Of a stretch of 7,974 nt of DNA, positions 7,366 to 7,974 are shown one piece after another (position 1 is the stretch's first letter; each line of letters opens with the position of its first letter). A model generated the notes under the pieces. It ran no database searches and was not told where the DNA came from. It worked only from the letters and a program-made list of their open reading frames with translations. Origin of the DNA: an uncultured archaeon (GTDB lineage Archaea; Asgardarchaeota; Lokiarchaeia; Sigyniarchaeales; Promethearchaeaceae). A program made the translations under genes and the position numbers. Where the stretch lies: positions 1 through 7,974 of the forward strand of contig CAYRPF010000073.1 in the NCBI GenBank assembly GCA_964426185.1. The letters run 5' to 3'.

Positions 7366-7752
7366 ATGGTAGAAGAAAAAGTAGAAAAAAAAGCAATTGA
7401 TGGAGGAGCGACATATAGCGCAGCAATAAAAGCAGGTAATCTTTTGTTTATTTCTGGGCAAGTCCCTACTCGAAACAATTCAACACCAGAAAATATTCGG
7501 GAACAGACAAAGATCAGCTTAGATGGAGTTCTATCCGTTTTGGAAAAAGCGGGTGGAAAATTAAGTGATTTAGTCAAATTAACGGTATATTTGACTGATA
7601 TCAAGGATTTTCCCGAATTCAACATTGCTTATCGAGAATTTTTTGAAGAACACGGAATAACAACCAATTTCCCTGCACGGGCAACTCTAGCTGTCGCAGG
7701 TTTGGTGAGACACGAATGGAAAATAGAAATAGAAGGATATGCCGTTATCTAA
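7366..7752 (+). CDS. ridA: RidA/YjgF/YER057c/UK114 family enamine/imine deaminase
   Basis: Motifs: YSxAIKAGNLLFISGQ, DLVKLTVYL, FNxxY, PAR (catalytic Arg at residue 105) and IEIE. The Rid subfamily is uncertain. Confidence 0.85.
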   Translation: MVEEKVEKKAIDGGATYSAAIKAGNLLFISGQVPTRNNSTPENIREQTKISLDGVLSVLEKAGGKLSDLVKLTVYLTDIKDFPEFNIAYREFFEEHGITTNFPARATLAVAGLVRHEWKIEIEGYAVI

Positions 7753-7809
7753 AAATTTAGTTGAGCAAATCTTATTTGATATCTGAGTTAAATTTATAAA
7801 AGAAGCAAA

Positions 7810-7835
7810 TTTTTTTTATCACTTTTTTCCTTCTT
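7810..7835 (+). terminator. Oligo-T tracts, probable terminator of the osmC-desulfidase-ridA unit
   Basis: T8 (7810-7817) and T6 (7823-7828) lie in a pyrimidine-rich run about 60 nt after the ridA stop. Confidence 0.45.
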
Positions 7836-7974
7836 ATCAGTTAGTCATATAACATTCCAAATATCATCGCTTTATGCCCTAACTACGAGTTTATGCCCAC
7901 GTTATCACTTAGTCAAACAATTACTATGCTTGTGATTGTTAAATCATGCTGCCTTAGCACCACCACGTTAAGCT

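Noticed and set aside
6040-7625. Minus-strand ORFs 6040-6390 and 7296-7625
   Set aside because: Antisense shadows of the desulfidase and ridA genes.
7834-7974. CRISPR array in the tail
   Set aside because: Only two imperfect 19-bp copies, no consistent third repeat and no cas genes. Kept only as an unexplained repeat finding.
7893-7974. Open frame from ATG 7893 to the window end (MPTLSLSQ...), and a short open minus-strand frame
   Set aside because: Too short, with no homology or ribosome-binding evidence.
1-7974. Selenocysteine/pyrrolysine recoding or programmed frameshifts
   Set aside because: All seven genes end in TAA with apparently complete C-termini, and none has an internal TGA/TAG or a split domain.

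Overview
This AT-rich prokaryotic window is a compact peptide and amino-acid catabolism cluster with seven genes. In order: the 3' end of a CocE/NonD-type hydrolase (+), peptidase T (+), a metal-dependent amidohydrolase (-), an N-acyl-D-amino-acid deacylase-like amidohydrolase (-), and, divergently transcribed, an OsmC-family protein, a [4Fe-4S] L-cysteine desulfidase-like protein (CdsB/YhaM/CyuA family) and a RidA-family enamine deaminase (+). Oligo-T tracts after stop codons, TATA-like boxes and weak AGTGA-type ribosome-binding sites suggest an archaeon, possibly Asgard/Loki-like; this is inference only. The strongest unexplained signal is a 21-bp tandem double palindrome (two TGTATACA-like units, 11-bp period) upstream of all three transcription units that start in the window, implying a shared regulon whose regulator is not encoded here. 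Several enzymes keep their metal or catalytic cores but appear to have changed substrate-binding motifs, hinting at an uncharacterised substrate pathway. No RNA genes, mobile elements or CRISPR arrays could be supported.
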